Below the pieces are notes generated by a model that ran no database searches, was not told where the DNA came from, and saw only the letters and a program-made list of their open reading frames with translations. A stretch of DNA of 26,495 nucleotides from a virus (lineage: Duplodnaviria > Caudoviricetes). Positions 16,225 to 25,327 of this stretch are shown piece by piece. Where the stretch lies: IMG/VR virus record IMGVR_UViG_3300048853_000022, positions 1 through 26,495 of that record. The stretch is one strand, 5' to 3'. Position numbers and translations under genes: made by a program. The first letter of the stretch is position 1. Each line of letters begins with the position of its first letter.

Positions 16225-16953
16225 ATGGCGGTCTATACGAACCAGCCGACGCTGGAGGCAAACTTTCTGGCTCCGGTGAAGACCATCTACGACGTCACTG
16301 GGTCTTCGATCGATGGCGGCCGTAACGGCGTAGGCGAGGGGCAGACAATCGAAATGAGCGGTGGCGGTATCGTCACCGCGACCTACGAAGACTGCAAGAT
16401 CAAGAACCCCGAGCATTACGAGTACGTCAACTGGCTTGGAGCCCGCCTGAATGGCGGGTTCCGATTCATCAACGTGCCGATCATTACAGATTGGTTCGGT
16501 CCTTTCCCGACCGTCAACAAGCTGCCGGCGCCTATCGTCAGCGGCATCACGCACTCTGACGGTTCATACTTCTCGGATGGCGCCGGCTACAGCCAAGCGA
16601 CGGTCTACGGTGAGATTACCGAGGCGGCGGCCCTGAATGCAGGCATCATCAAGATGCGCGTGTATGGCCTTAACAGGCCGCTGCGCTGGTCCGACTGGTT
16701 TTCGATCTACCACACGACGAAAGGCTGGCGCGCCTACCGCTATTGGCAGGTGATCGGCAAGACGTCGGAAGAAAATCCGGTGTACACCCTAGCGATTGCG
16801 CCGCCGTTGCGCGAGGCAATAGCCACCGGCACACGCGTCGAGTTCGCACGGCCGCGGTTCGTTGCAAAGTTTAAGTCGGAATTCACTCTGCCGTCTGTGG
16901 TCGAGGCGTTCTTCGTAACTCAGCAGTCGATACAGTTCGTCGAGGCGTTCTGA
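16225..16953 (+). CDS. Distal tail / tail tip protein
   Basis: First gene after the TMP, tightly coupled, beta-rich; assigned by synteny. Confidence 0.65.
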   Translation: MAVYTNQPTLEANFLAPVKTIYDVTGSSIDGGRNGVGEGQTIEMSGGGIVTATYEDCKIKNPEHYEYVNWLGARLNGGFRFINVPIITDWFGPFPTVNKLPAPIVSGITHSDGSYFSDGAGYSQATVYGEITEAAALNAGIIKMRVYGLNRPLRWSDWFSIYHTTKGWRAYRYWQVIGKTSEENPVYTLAIAPPLREAIATGTRVEFARPRFVAKFKSEFTLPSVVEAFFVTQQSIQFVEAF

Positions 16954-17552
16954 TGGGCTGGGTTCCAGACAACGTCATTGATGAACTGCGCGGCAGTCAT
17001 CAACTTGGGATATTCCTTCGCATCGGCACGACGCCATCGCTGCATATGTGGTTCGGGATCAACGATATTCCGGCTAACTTCGATAGCATCGACCCAACCG
17101 GCACGGTTTATCTAGGCGGCGGCAAGCTGGTCGGCGTGCCAACTCTCGAGGTGCTGGTAAACGGCACGGCAGACAGCGTGGAGTTCACGCTGTCTGGCAT
17201 CGACCCGACGTCCGCCGCAAGGATGATTGACAGTCTGCCCGCCGTCCGTGGTGCCACGGTGCAAATGGGCATCACGACGCTGGATCAATATTACCAGCCG
17301 ATGAGCAACGTCATTCCGATTTGGACTGGCACTGCATCGCATGTTTCGGAGTCTTCGCCAGCAACACCAAGCGAGCAGTCCGTAACGCTGACGCTATCTC
17401 TGGCCGTTGTCGCTGGCGAGGCGACTCGATCTCGCGGCGCAAGGTCGGTTTGGTCGACCCCGCATCAAAAAGCGATCTCACCTACTGACAAGTTCTGCGA
17501 CGGCGTCAGCAGGCTTGCCAGAGGCGTCCAGCCGGTCTGGCCAAACTTCTAG
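16953..17552 (+). CDS. Tail tip / hub protein (lambda gpL/DUF2163-like)
   Basis: TGATG coupling; YLGGG.L...TLSGID...QKAISPTDKFC pattern; synteny. Confidence 0.65.
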   Translation: MGWVPDNVIDELRGSHQLGIFLRIGTTPSLHMWFGINDIPANFDSIDPTGTVYLGGGKLVGVPTLEVLVNGTADSVEFTLSGIDPTSAARMIDSLPAVRGATVQMGITTLDQYYQPMSNVIPIWTGTASHVSESSPATPSEQSVTLTLSLAVVAGEATRSRGARSVWSTPHQKAISPTDKFCDGVSRLARGVQPVWPNF

Positions 17553-17585
17553 GGCGCATCGCCGCGGCGCAACGCTGAGGTATTC

Positions 17586-18008
17586 ATGACACTGCACGAA
17601 TTTCTGGCCCTGCCGCACCGTTTTCGGTGGGGCGGGATGGGCGGCGATGATTGCACGACGTTCTGCGGCACATGGCTGCAAGAAAGCGTTGGGATCGACC
17701 CGGCAGAGGGGTACCGCGGCACCTACAGCACGGCAAAGGGCGCTCACGAAATTCTTGCGAGGGCCGGGGGCGTTGTTGCGTTCGCGGCGGCAGCATTGGA
17801 GCCGGTTGGCTTCAAGCGCGTCCAGCATCCGCAAGACGGCGACGTTGGCGTCGTCAAGGCGCCGGCAGGATTGGACAGCGAGACCAAGGAAATCTGCGCA
17901 ATTCGTTTCGGCCCGCTTTGGGCGCTGCTGTCGCCATCCGGAGTCGTCGCCAAGAAACTTGATCACGTTGCAGTCTGGCGCGCGCCGGATGGAGACAGAG
18001 ACGAATGA
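17586..18008 (+). CDS. NlpC/P60-like tail assembly protein (DUF6950-like)
   Basis: FRWG..GDDC motif, YRGTYST and QDGDVGVV; sits before the central tail protein. Confidence 0.75.
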   Translation: MTLHEFLALPHRFRWGGMGGDDCTTFCGTWLQESVGIDPAEGYRGTYSTAKGAHEILARAGGVVAFAAAALEPVGFKRVQHPQDGDVGVVKAPAGLDSETKEICAIRFGPLWALLSPSGVVAKKLDHVAVWRAPDGDRDE

Positions 18009-20203
18009 GTTTCCATCACCGCATGATGCTGCAGCGCTACGGCCTCGGCAGCACGACTTCGCTCTACAGCGAGGTCATGTTTGATCCCATCTTCACGCCG
18101 ATCTTCACGGCGGTACTTGGCTCAGGCGGCTTTGCGATCGGTGCTACGACGATCAGTTACGCATCAATCGCGTCCGCGATCGCGACGACGGCCATCTCTA
18201 TCGGCCTTCAGGCGCTGATGGCGCAAACACCAAAACCGCCAAAGCCGGAAGACGGAAGGTCTCCGCTGAACCAGGCCATCCCATTCCGCACCTACGCCGT
18301 CGGCCGAACTCGTCTTGCCGGCGCGCGCATGATGTGGGAGGCCGTAGGGTCTAACCTTTATTCTGTGCAGGCCATCGCCGGCCACAAGATTAAGTCGTTC
18401 AACCGGTTCTACCTGAATGACGACGAGGTGACGGTTGTCGACAACGTCGTGACGCCGCTTACAACGGGCGGAAGGTACGGTGCAGGCTCCGCCAACGTGC
18501 GGCTTTACACTCGCCTCGGCGCCAACCCGGAAACGCCATATGCCGAGCTCGTTTCGGCACTCGGCGCTGACGGCATCTGGACCAATGCTCATCGGGGAGA
18601 CGGTCAGGCTTCGCTGGCAATGCGGGCGCACAATGCGGACGCGCAGGACCAGCAGACGGCTTTCCCATACGGCGCACCTTCCCCTTCGGTGGAGATCGAC
18701 GGCGCATTTTGCTGGGATTTCCGAGATCCAGCGCAGAGCCCGACGAATCCGAACACCTGGACGTGGACCCGTAATTCAGCGGTCATCTGCGCATGGCACC
18801 TCTGCTTCAACGAATTCGGTTTCGGCCTTGATTACACCAAAGCGCTTCTTCCAGTCATCGACCTCTGGAAAGAAGAGGCCGACGTTTGCGACGAGCTTGT
18901 ACCGCTAAAAGGCGGGGGCACAGAACGGCGCTACGAGTGCAACGGCTGGGACACGACCGAGAACGGCCCGAAGTCGGGGCTGAACGCAATCCTTTCGACC
19001 TGCGACGGCCATCTGGTTGCGCGCGGCGATGGAGCCCGCATCCTAACGGTAGGCAAGTTCCGCGAAAGCAGAACGGCAACGCTGACCGATGCCGACATCG
19101 TTGGTCATCAGGTCCAGTACGACGTGCTGTTCGAGGACGAGTGCAATCGGCTTGTGCCGAAGTTCACTTATCCGGCCACGAATTACACGAGCTGCGACAC
19201 TGACTTTTTCGAGGACACCGCCGCGCAGCTAAGCGCAGGCCGGGTTCTGACACAAGAAGGCAGCTACGAGTGGTGCCACCAATGGAGGCAGGCAAGGAGG
19301 CTCGGAAAGCGGGACTGGCTGCGATTGCGGCAGAAGGTCAAGGGCAGCCTTGATGTTCGGCTCTCCGGCATTAACGCGGTCTATGCGCGATGGGTAAGGC
19401 TGGAAACGCCTAATCGCCTGCCGCGTCTGGACGGCAAGCTTCTGGAAAACCGTAGGTCTGTGCTCGCCCTAACGAAGGGCGGCTTTTCGATGGATTTCGT
19501 CGAACAGCCGGACGGCATTGACGACTGGAATCCGACGACGGAAGAGGGGCCGCAGCCTCCGGTCCCTCCGGCGGTGAACGCTTCGAATATTCCGACCCCC
19601 GTCATCAATCTCATCCAAGCGAAGGCGAGCAACAACTCGGTTTACATCCGGGTGGTTGTCATCGACCCGGCTGACGATAGCTTCATCCCGGTTGTTCGCT
19701 ATCGCGTTGCCGATATCGGCGCGGGCACGCCGGGAGCATGGATCGAGCAGTCTTTTCCGGGGGCGGACCCGTCTGGCGGCTACATCAATCTGAACACCAA
19801 CACGGTTCCGGTCGATCAGGAGCTCGATGTGCAGGTTGCGTTCAAGGCGGCCAACGGAAAGTACTCCAACTGGTCGGTCACTGAATCAGTGACGTCGACC
19901 GCCGATCCGACTCCGCCAGGTGTGGTTACCTCACCGAGCGCGACTGGCGGTGTAGGGACTGCAACGTTCAATTGGACTGCGCCGAACAGCAGCAATTACG
20001 CTGGCGCGAAGATCTACTGGAATACGGTCGATAATTTCGGAACGGCTAGCTACGCGGGGCCGCCAGAATATGGCGCGTCATCGAGTGCGGATTCGACATC
20101 CAGGTCGTTTGTCGCTGGCACCTATTACGGCTGGATAGTGTCGATCAACCATTCCGGCATTGAAGGCACAGCCGCTGCGACGGGCACGTTTACCGTGACC
20201 TGA
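18005..20203 (+). CDS. Central tail tip / host-specificity protein (lambda J-like) with C-terminal FN3-like domains
   Basis: YAVGRTRLAG, WDFRDP...WTWTRN, ADVCDELV...RYECNG, QARRLGKR; C-terminal DPTPPGVVT...FNWTAP. Confidence 0.85.
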   Translation: MSFHHRMMLQRYGLGSTTSLYSEVMFDPIFTPIFTAVLGSGGFAIGATTISYASIASAIATTAISIGLQALMAQTPKPPKPEDGRSPLNQAIPFRTYAVGRTRLAGARMMWEAVGSNLYSVQAIAGHKIKSFNRFYLNDDEVTVVDNVVTPLTTGGRYGAGSANVRLYTRLGANPETPYAELVSALGADGIWTNAHRGDGQASLAMRAHNADAQDQQTAFPYGAPSPSVEIDGAFCWDFRDPAQSPTNPNTWTWTRNSAVICAWHLCFNEFGFGLDYTKALLPVIDLWKEEADVCDELVPLKGGGTERRYECNGWDTTENGPKSGLNAILSTCDGHLVARGDGARILTVGKFRESRTATLTDADIVGHQVQYDVLFEDECNRLVPKFTYPATNYTSCDTDFFEDTAAQLSAGRVLTQEGSYEWCHQWRQARRLGKRDWLRLRQKVKGSLDVRLSGINAVYARWVRLETPNRLPRLDGKLLENRRSVLALTKGGFSMDFVEQPDGIDDWNPTTEEGPQPPVPPAVNASNIPTPVINLIQAKASNNSVYIRVVVIDPADDSFIPVVRYRVADIGAGTPGAWIEQSFPGADPSGGYINLNTNTVPVDQELDVQVAFKAANGKYSNWSVTESVTSTADPTPPGVVTSPSATGGVGTATFNWTAPNSSNYAGAKIYWNTVDNFGTASYAGPPEYGASSSADSTSRSFVAGTYYGWIVSINHSGIEGTAAATGTFTVT

Positions 20204-20252
20204 CGCAGCCTGCGTCTGCCTGCGCCAACGCCACACAACAGCATCAACTTTC

Positions 20253-20283
20253 AAGCCCTGGCTAGCGCCGGGGCTTTTCTTTT
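20253..20283 (+). terminator. Terminator-shaped hairpin directly upstream of the tailspike RBS
   Basis: AAGCCCTGGC-tagc-GCCGGGGCTT followed by TTCTTTT; RBS AGGAG at 20285. Confidence 0.65.
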
Positions 20284-20295
20284 CAGGAGTCCTCC

Positions 20296-22953
20296 GTGGC
20301 ATTCTCTCCGAACGCTGAAACAGTTTACGCAGACGGGCCGTTCGGGTCTCCGCTGCAGCCGGCAAAGCCCGAAATTCGCACGCTTCTTGCCCAGTATGAG
20401 GCGGCAATCGACGCATATTCGTCTGGCGCGGGTTCGATCGCAAAGCCGACTCGCGCGCTGCTGTTCGCAGATCTGGCGCACACTGCTGACAAAACTGCTT
20501 GGGTCTATGCGGACCCGGCCGTTGCCTTCAACGGCATTTACCGGAAGTCTGGCGCTTCTGGCGCGGGCTCCTGGTCGTTGATCCTGCCGCTGCCGTTCAG
20601 CTTCATCATCGCTTCGGACGTGGGCGCCGGCACGCCCAACGCCATCCAGGCGACTACTTCGATCCCCGTTTCGGGTTCCGCTCTTGTCTGGATGAACATC
20701 TTCGAGGCGAACACGGCAAGCCCGGTCACCGTCTCCTTCAATGGCGGGTCCGCTCTCACGATCAAAACGAACAGCGGAAACAACGTTGCGGCTGGTGGCC
20801 TGACTGCCGGCATGATCGTGATGGGCATCGTTTCGGGCTCCACGTTCCGGCTCGTGAGCGATCAGGCGTCGAGCGCGATCGTTGCAGCGGCAGAGGCTGC
20901 GCAGGCGGCGGCAGAGGCAGCCGCGGCAAGCATCAATATTCGCAATGTCGCTGATCGCACAGCGCTGAAGGCTCTGAATACGTCCTCTGCAACATTGGCG
21001 TTTTTGGCAGAAGCTGGGCGCCAGGGCATATTCCGCTGGAGAACTGGCGACTATTCGGCCCTAGTCACCGCCGACCCGCAGGAGGGAATCTATGTCAAGG
21101 CAGATGCCGTTGCCTCGTCTGCTGGTGCATGGGTCCGCCAGGACGGCGGGTGGCTGTTCGGCGACATGCGAGCCGAGTGGTTTGGTGCGATCGACAGCAC
21201 AGACGGCGCCGCCACTGCGACGGTCAACCGTGCCGCTATCCAGGCCGCAATCAACCTTCGTTATCATCTTCGCGGCGGCGTGGTGCGACTGAATGGGTTC
21301 TTCTATATCGACGACTTTCTCGCGAAGCCGGCAAGCGTCAGACTCAAGGGCGGTATTCGTCACAGCGTATTGCTCGAGTTCGGAGACACGACCGGCGGCG
21401 TCGAACATCCGAATACAGGAACCGTCATTCATACCTACGGGGCGGGAACGGCGCGACTCTGGACTGATGAAAGTGGAACCGGCGCCGATACACCCATCAA
21501 GGTCGCCATTGCCGAGCTCGGCGAAAACGGCGGCATCGAAGACATCACGGTCCAGACGCCGACGTCGAGTGATGCATGGGACGTTGGCATTCACGTTTGC
21601 GGCGTCTCGCGCGGCAGATATGTCGGTCTTGATGTTCGCGGCGCCTGGAAGAAAGACGCGCTCCGTCTCGATGCCACTTGGAGCCGCACCAGCACAAACA
21701 TGCTGGCAACTACCTTCCTGCCGGCATGGTTCAATGCCGACTACAAGGCAACCTATGATTTCGGCCTGACGAATAACTATTTCGAGAACTGCCGTTTCGA
21801 GGGTGGCGGGGCCATGGCAGTCGAGGGCGGGCCGAATGTCGCGCTCTCCATCAATGGTATCTCCGATACCGTCTTCGTCGCCTGCGAATTCTACAACGAC
21901 GCGTCCGCGACGACCCTCGCGACGAGAACAGGCGTCAACGGTCACCTTATTCGCCTCAACTACCGGATCACGGGTCTGGGCGGAGCGCAGGGCCTGACCT
22001 TCATGGGCTGCCGCTTTGATGCTGGATCCAGATGGGTATTCGATTTAGACTACTGGTCCAATGTTGATTTGGTGCAAAGGTGTTTCGTCGAAACCTCTGC
22101 GGCGTACCTGGCCGCGCAGACCGCGGCGGGTGCACCAACTGCGCAACTTCGCGGTCGCATTCGCACGACGACGAACACATGCACGCAGAGCGGCGACGTG
22201 CTGCGCTTCTGCGGCGAGTTCTTTTGCAACGTGTCGTCGAACAACACGCCAGGATCGGACAATGCTGAAAACATCCTCCCTCGTGAATGGGTGCCACGAA
22301 CGAACGCTGGCCGACGGATAGTATTCGAGACCGGGGCATTCGTTCGCACCTTCGACTTCATGACGGATGGTGAGAACGGCACGGCCGGCCTGTTCCTTCG
22401 TTCATGGAGGACGAGCGGGCGCATCAGCCTTCAGAACATGAACGGGAATGCGATAGACACTTGGGGCTATCTCGCGTCCAATGAGAACTCCTGGGGCACA
22501 GCCTACGACAATAAGTGGGGCGCCGGAGTTGTTACATTCCAGCGGAACAGCGCCACCTTCCTCAGCTACAACGGTACGAATCTGGTTTCGCTGCCGGTCT
22601 ACAACGATACGACGGCAAACGCTGCGAACGTCAACGTAGAAACAGATGGCCGCGTTCGCCGGTCCACATCAGCGCTGAAGTACAAAACGAACGTCCAGCC
22701 GATACCCGACGAAATGGTCGATGCACTTCTGCAGTTGCGCGGTGTGCTCTACACAAGCCTTTGCGCCGGCGACGATCCAGATCGGCTTCACATGGGATCG
22801 ATCGCGGATGAGGCTGCCGCGCTTGGGCTCGAGCCTTTGGTCGTGCGGGGCTCGGATGGAGAGGTGGAGGACTTCAAGTATGGACGAGCTTTTGCAGCCC
22901 TGCTGGAGGCAGTCAAGCGTATCGATGCACGCCTCAAGGTGTTGGAGACCTGA
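20296..22953 (+). CDS. Tail fibre/tailspike with pectate-lyase-like beta-helix and C-terminal intramolecular chaperone (peptidase S74)
   Basis: AEWFGA..DG...NRAAIQAAIN beta-helix cap; repeated NNYFENCRFE / TVFVACEFY / LTFMGCRFD rungs; SALKYKTNVQPI...GSIADE...LLEAVKRIDARLKVLE chaperone. Confidence 0.88.
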   Translation: MAFSPNAETVYADGPFGSPLQPAKPEIRTLLAQYEAAIDAYSSGAGSIAKPTRALLFADLAHTADKTAWVYADPAVAFNGIYRKSGASGAGSWSLILPLPFSFIIASDVGAGTPNAIQATTSIPVSGSALVWMNIFEANTASPVTVSFNGGSALTIKTNSGNNVAAGGLTAGMIVMGIVSGSTFRLVSDQASSAIVAAAEAAQAAAEAAAASINIRNVADRTALKALNTSSATLAFLAEAGRQGIFRWRTGDYSALVTADPQEGIYVKADAVASSAGAWVRQDGGWLFGDMRAEWFGAIDSTDGAATATVNRAAIQAAINLRYHLRGGVVRLNGFFYIDDFLAKPASVRLKGGIRHSVLLEFGDTTGGVEHPNTGTVIHTYGAGTARLWTDESGTGADTPIKVAIAELGENGGIEDITVQTPTSSDAWDVGIHVCGVSRGRYVGLDVRGAWKKDALRLDATWSRTSTNMLATTFLPAWFNADYKATYDFGLTNNYFENCRFEGGGAMAVEGGPNVALSINGISDTVFVACEFYNDASATTLATRTGVNGHLIRLNYRITGLGGAQGLTFMGCRFDAGSRWVFDLDYWSNVDLVQRCFVETSAAYLAAQTAAGAPTAQLRGRIRTTTNTCTQSGDVLRFCGEFFCNVSSNNTPGSDNAENILPREWVPRTNAGRRIVFETGAFVRTFDFMTDGENGTAGLFLRSWRTSGRISLQNMNGNAIDTWGYLASNENSWGTAYDNKWGAGVVTFQRNSATFLSYNGTNLVSLPVYNDTTANAANVNVETDGRVRRSTSALKYKTNVQPIPDEMVDALLQLRGVLYTSLCAGDDPDRLHMGSIADEAAALGLEPLVVRGSDGEVEDFKYGRAFAALLEAVKRIDARLKVLET

Positions 22954-22964
22954 TCCGCCACTGA

Positions 22965-22992
22965 GGCTAGGCGCAATACTTATCGCCTAGCC
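22965..22992. terminator. Hairpin between the convergent tailspike and protease genes
   Basis: GGCTAGGCG-caatacttat-CGCCTAGCC perfect 9-bp stem; no clear U-tract on either side. Confidence 0.45.
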
Positions 22993-23000
22993 CAACCTAC

Positions 23001-23882
23001 TCAAACGGGAGGACAGGGGTTTCTCCCGCGACGCGGGGACGTACCGATTTCTTTCAAATGATAGGCCGGCCAGAATCTGCCGAGGTTTAGCCGGTCAAGA
23101 TTCTCATCGCCATAGGAACCAGAATAGACGCCGACGAACTCCAGGACCTGGACACTATCGGCCATTCGTTCCGACGGGATGCTAAGAAAGGCGCTCATCA
23201 TCCTGTCGAGATCGCCTGAATAAAGAGCAGCTCCTTCTTCCCTGGTAACTCGAAAGCCTGGCCCCACAAAGTAAACAGGAGACCCGGACATTCCCGGCCG
23301 GCCAGGCATGTCGAGAAATACACACCTACGCCCTTCAAGGGGTAACGACGGTTCCGAGCTGACCATGGCGCGCTTCCAGATGGGGAACGGATTGGAGGGC
23401 GTTAGGCCAAAGGGGAAACCTATGAGGCAGACTTCTACGCCTGGAGAAAGTGCCTTATCTATATAGGGCGCGAACCTTTCGACCCACGTGTAAACGTTCC
23501 GTTCCCGTATAGGGGCCATGGCGATTGCTATCAAATCGACTTGTTCGAACCCCTCCGGGCTTTCGTGCCAAACCGGCTCTCCGTCTTTATAAAGAGGCAC
23601 CAGCGGCAATTCCTTGGGCGCGCCGTTGGCGTCAACAAGCGAGTACGAAAAGTGCGTTGGTGAAACTGGGACACCGGGTAACGTCTGGTTGGGTCTTTCT
23701 GGATGCCGTCCGGTGACCACATGCCAATTTGTGATCAAAAAGATGGTATCCTCAAACCGAGAGAAAAAGCCAGTGGCGGTTGCAATCTGCCTCCTATTGC
23801 CGCTGTCGCCGCAGTGATAGGTCCGAATTAGTACTGAGCAGTGTGCTGCCTCACTTGGCGGACGGATTCTTTGATCGACCAA
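23001..23882 (-). CDS. Trypsin-like (S1) serine protease, no signal peptide (moron)
   Basis: ATGFF...LITNWHVVTG (His), VDLIAI (Asp), LIGFPFG, PGMSGSPV (Ser); TTG start preceded by AAGGAGG. Confidence 0.9.
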   Translation of the reverse strand: MVDQRIRPPSEAAHCSVLIRTYHCGDSGNRRQIATATGFFSRFEDTIFLITNWHVVTGRHPERPNQTLPGVPVSPTHFSYSLVDANGAPKELPLVPLYKDGEPVWHESPEGFEQVDLIAIAMAPIRERNVYTWVERFAPYIDKALSPGVEVCLIGFPFGLTPSNPFPIWKRAMVSSEPSLPLEGRRCVFLDMPGRPGMSGSPVYFVGPGFRVTREEGAALYSGDLDRMMSAFLSIPSERMADSVQVLEFVGVYSGSYGDENLDRLNLGRFWPAYHLKEIGTSPRRGRNPCPPV

Positions 23883-24017
23883 GCCTCGCCCTCCTTGCCG
23901 CCAACCCCTTTGCTTCAGTAATGTCCTCGCGTAAGTCTGTCGAGTCTGTTTTTCAATCGCTACGTGTATGTCCCTTGTGAAGCAAACTGCTGACAGAGGT
24001 CGGATCGAGAGACCAAG

Positions 24018-24914
24018 ATGGCGAAGGTGGTGACGATTACAGCATTCGACGGCAGCAGCGGTCTCGCGTCGTCTTGGCTCATTGAGGGCGGTGTTGCCAA
24101 ATACCTCCTGTGGCCGGAGATCACCGTAGCGGCGCGCGACGAGCGTGAAGTAGCCCTCATCCTCTCACAGGGCTTAGTTCCCGACCTGCAATTCTATAAG
24201 GATAAGGATCCATCGACGTTCTGCTTTGAAACGTCCGAGGCTGATATCGGGCACTATTTTCCGCGACTGTACAGGCCGGTCGTGGGAACGGGGTCCGCAG
24301 ACGACGACCAGACTCCAACTGACCACGCCCACAGGAAAGACGCGATACGACAGTTTCGAATCCTCTGGCGCGATCTTCAAACTCTATTTGAACATGTGCA
24401 TCCGGATCCGCGCAACCTAAGCACTTTCGGAGATCGCATTCGGAACCTTATACTGCTCTGTGCAATGGAAGTGGAGAATCAGCTAAGAGGAATACTTCGT
24501 GCAAACGCTTATCCAGAGAAGCCAGGTAAGCGGCTCAATCAAGCCGACTATCAGAAAGTCGAACCATATGCGCGGTTGTCTGAATATTGCTTAGAGTATT
24601 CTCAATATGAGAACCTTGGCGGTTTCCGACCTTTTGACGGTTTTGAGAAGAGATCTCCTGATTGGTGGGATGCCTACAATCAGATCAAGCATGACCGTTA
24701 CAAGAACCAACATATTGCCAGCCTGGGTAATGCTCTGACAGCCTTCGCCGCATTCGCAACAACCGTCATCGCGCAGTACGGTTATGGAGTGATGTACGAG
24801 GGGCACGACGGCACCACAATGGCGGATGTGCTGAAGATGACGCATCAGCCATCGCTTAGGCCGGTATTCCGCAACGGCAGTGAGGAATGGCTGGTACAGC
24901 CTGTGTTTCAATAG
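24018..24914 (+). CDS. Uncharacterised protein, putative HEPN-like all-helical domain (moron)
   Basis: 298-aa ORF, visibly more AT-rich than the structural genes; RNLILLCAMEVENQLRGIL helix and WWDAYNQIKHDR motif resemble the two HEPN motifs. The CDS is solid; the fold is inferred. Confidence 0.6.
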   Translation: MAKVVTITAFDGSSGLASSWLIEGGVAKYLLWPEITVAARDEREVALILSQGLVPDLQFYKDKDPSTFCFETSEADIGHYFPRLYRPVVGTGSADDDQTPTDHAHRKDAIRQFRILWRDLQTLFEHVHPDPRNLSTFGDRIRNLILLCAMEVENQLRGILRANAYPEKPGKRLNQADYQKVEPYARLSEYCLEYSQYENLGGFRPFDGFEKRSPDWWDAYNQIKHDRYKNQHIASLGNALTAFAAFATTVIAQYGYGVMYEGHDGTTMADVLKMTHQPSLRPVFRNGSEEWLVQPVFQ

Positions 24915-25094
24915 GCGTTGAGGAGAAGGCGGAATACCTTCCTGCTTGGTGCATGATCGCGCAGTATCGGCGTCACGAGCGCACCGCTAGGTAATAGCTC
25001 TTTCTTTAGATCGATCCGCCCCAAGGCTAGGGGAGCGGCTCAAACACGCGGACTGGCATCGCGACTCGCAATTGCATCCGTTTCACCGTTTTCC

Positions 25095-25202
25095 TCATTC
25101 CACTTTCCGCTTGTAACCGACCGCAAAGCAGATCTCCAGATGGAGCTGACGGCTCGGTTCGTCGGCGTGCTCAAGATGTTCGATCAGCTTTGCAATTGAC
25201 AT
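25095..25202 (-). pseudogene. Short ORF, probably a truncated gene remnant (MSIAKLIEHLEHADEPSRQLHLEICFAVGYKRKVE*)
   Basis: RBS GGGGAG then ATG and 35 protein-like codons ending early, within a roughly 400-bp gap that has no other convincing gene. Confidence 0.4.
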
Positions 25203-25327
25203 GTGGCAGGCGCTCCCCGGCACGAGACGAGCATAATCAACGCCGAAAGAATTACCACAAGAAACGGCGGCTCCGGAAACCCCACCACCACCCGCGCCAC
25301 TAACACCACCACATCGCAGGAGACACT

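Noticed and set aside
3835-20203. Gene transfer agent (RcGTA-like) interpretation
   Set aside because: Some tail genes are GTA-like, but HNH + P27-type TerS, a 1062-aa tape measure, morons and a linked lysis cassette indicate a genuine phage.
21061-21945. 294-aa minus-strand ORF within the tailspike
   Set aside because: Antisense shadow with no motifs or RBS support.
20296-25327. Diversity-generating retroelement or invertible tail-fibre cassette
   Set aside because: No reverse transcriptase, invertase or duplicated template/variable repeat was seen in the window.
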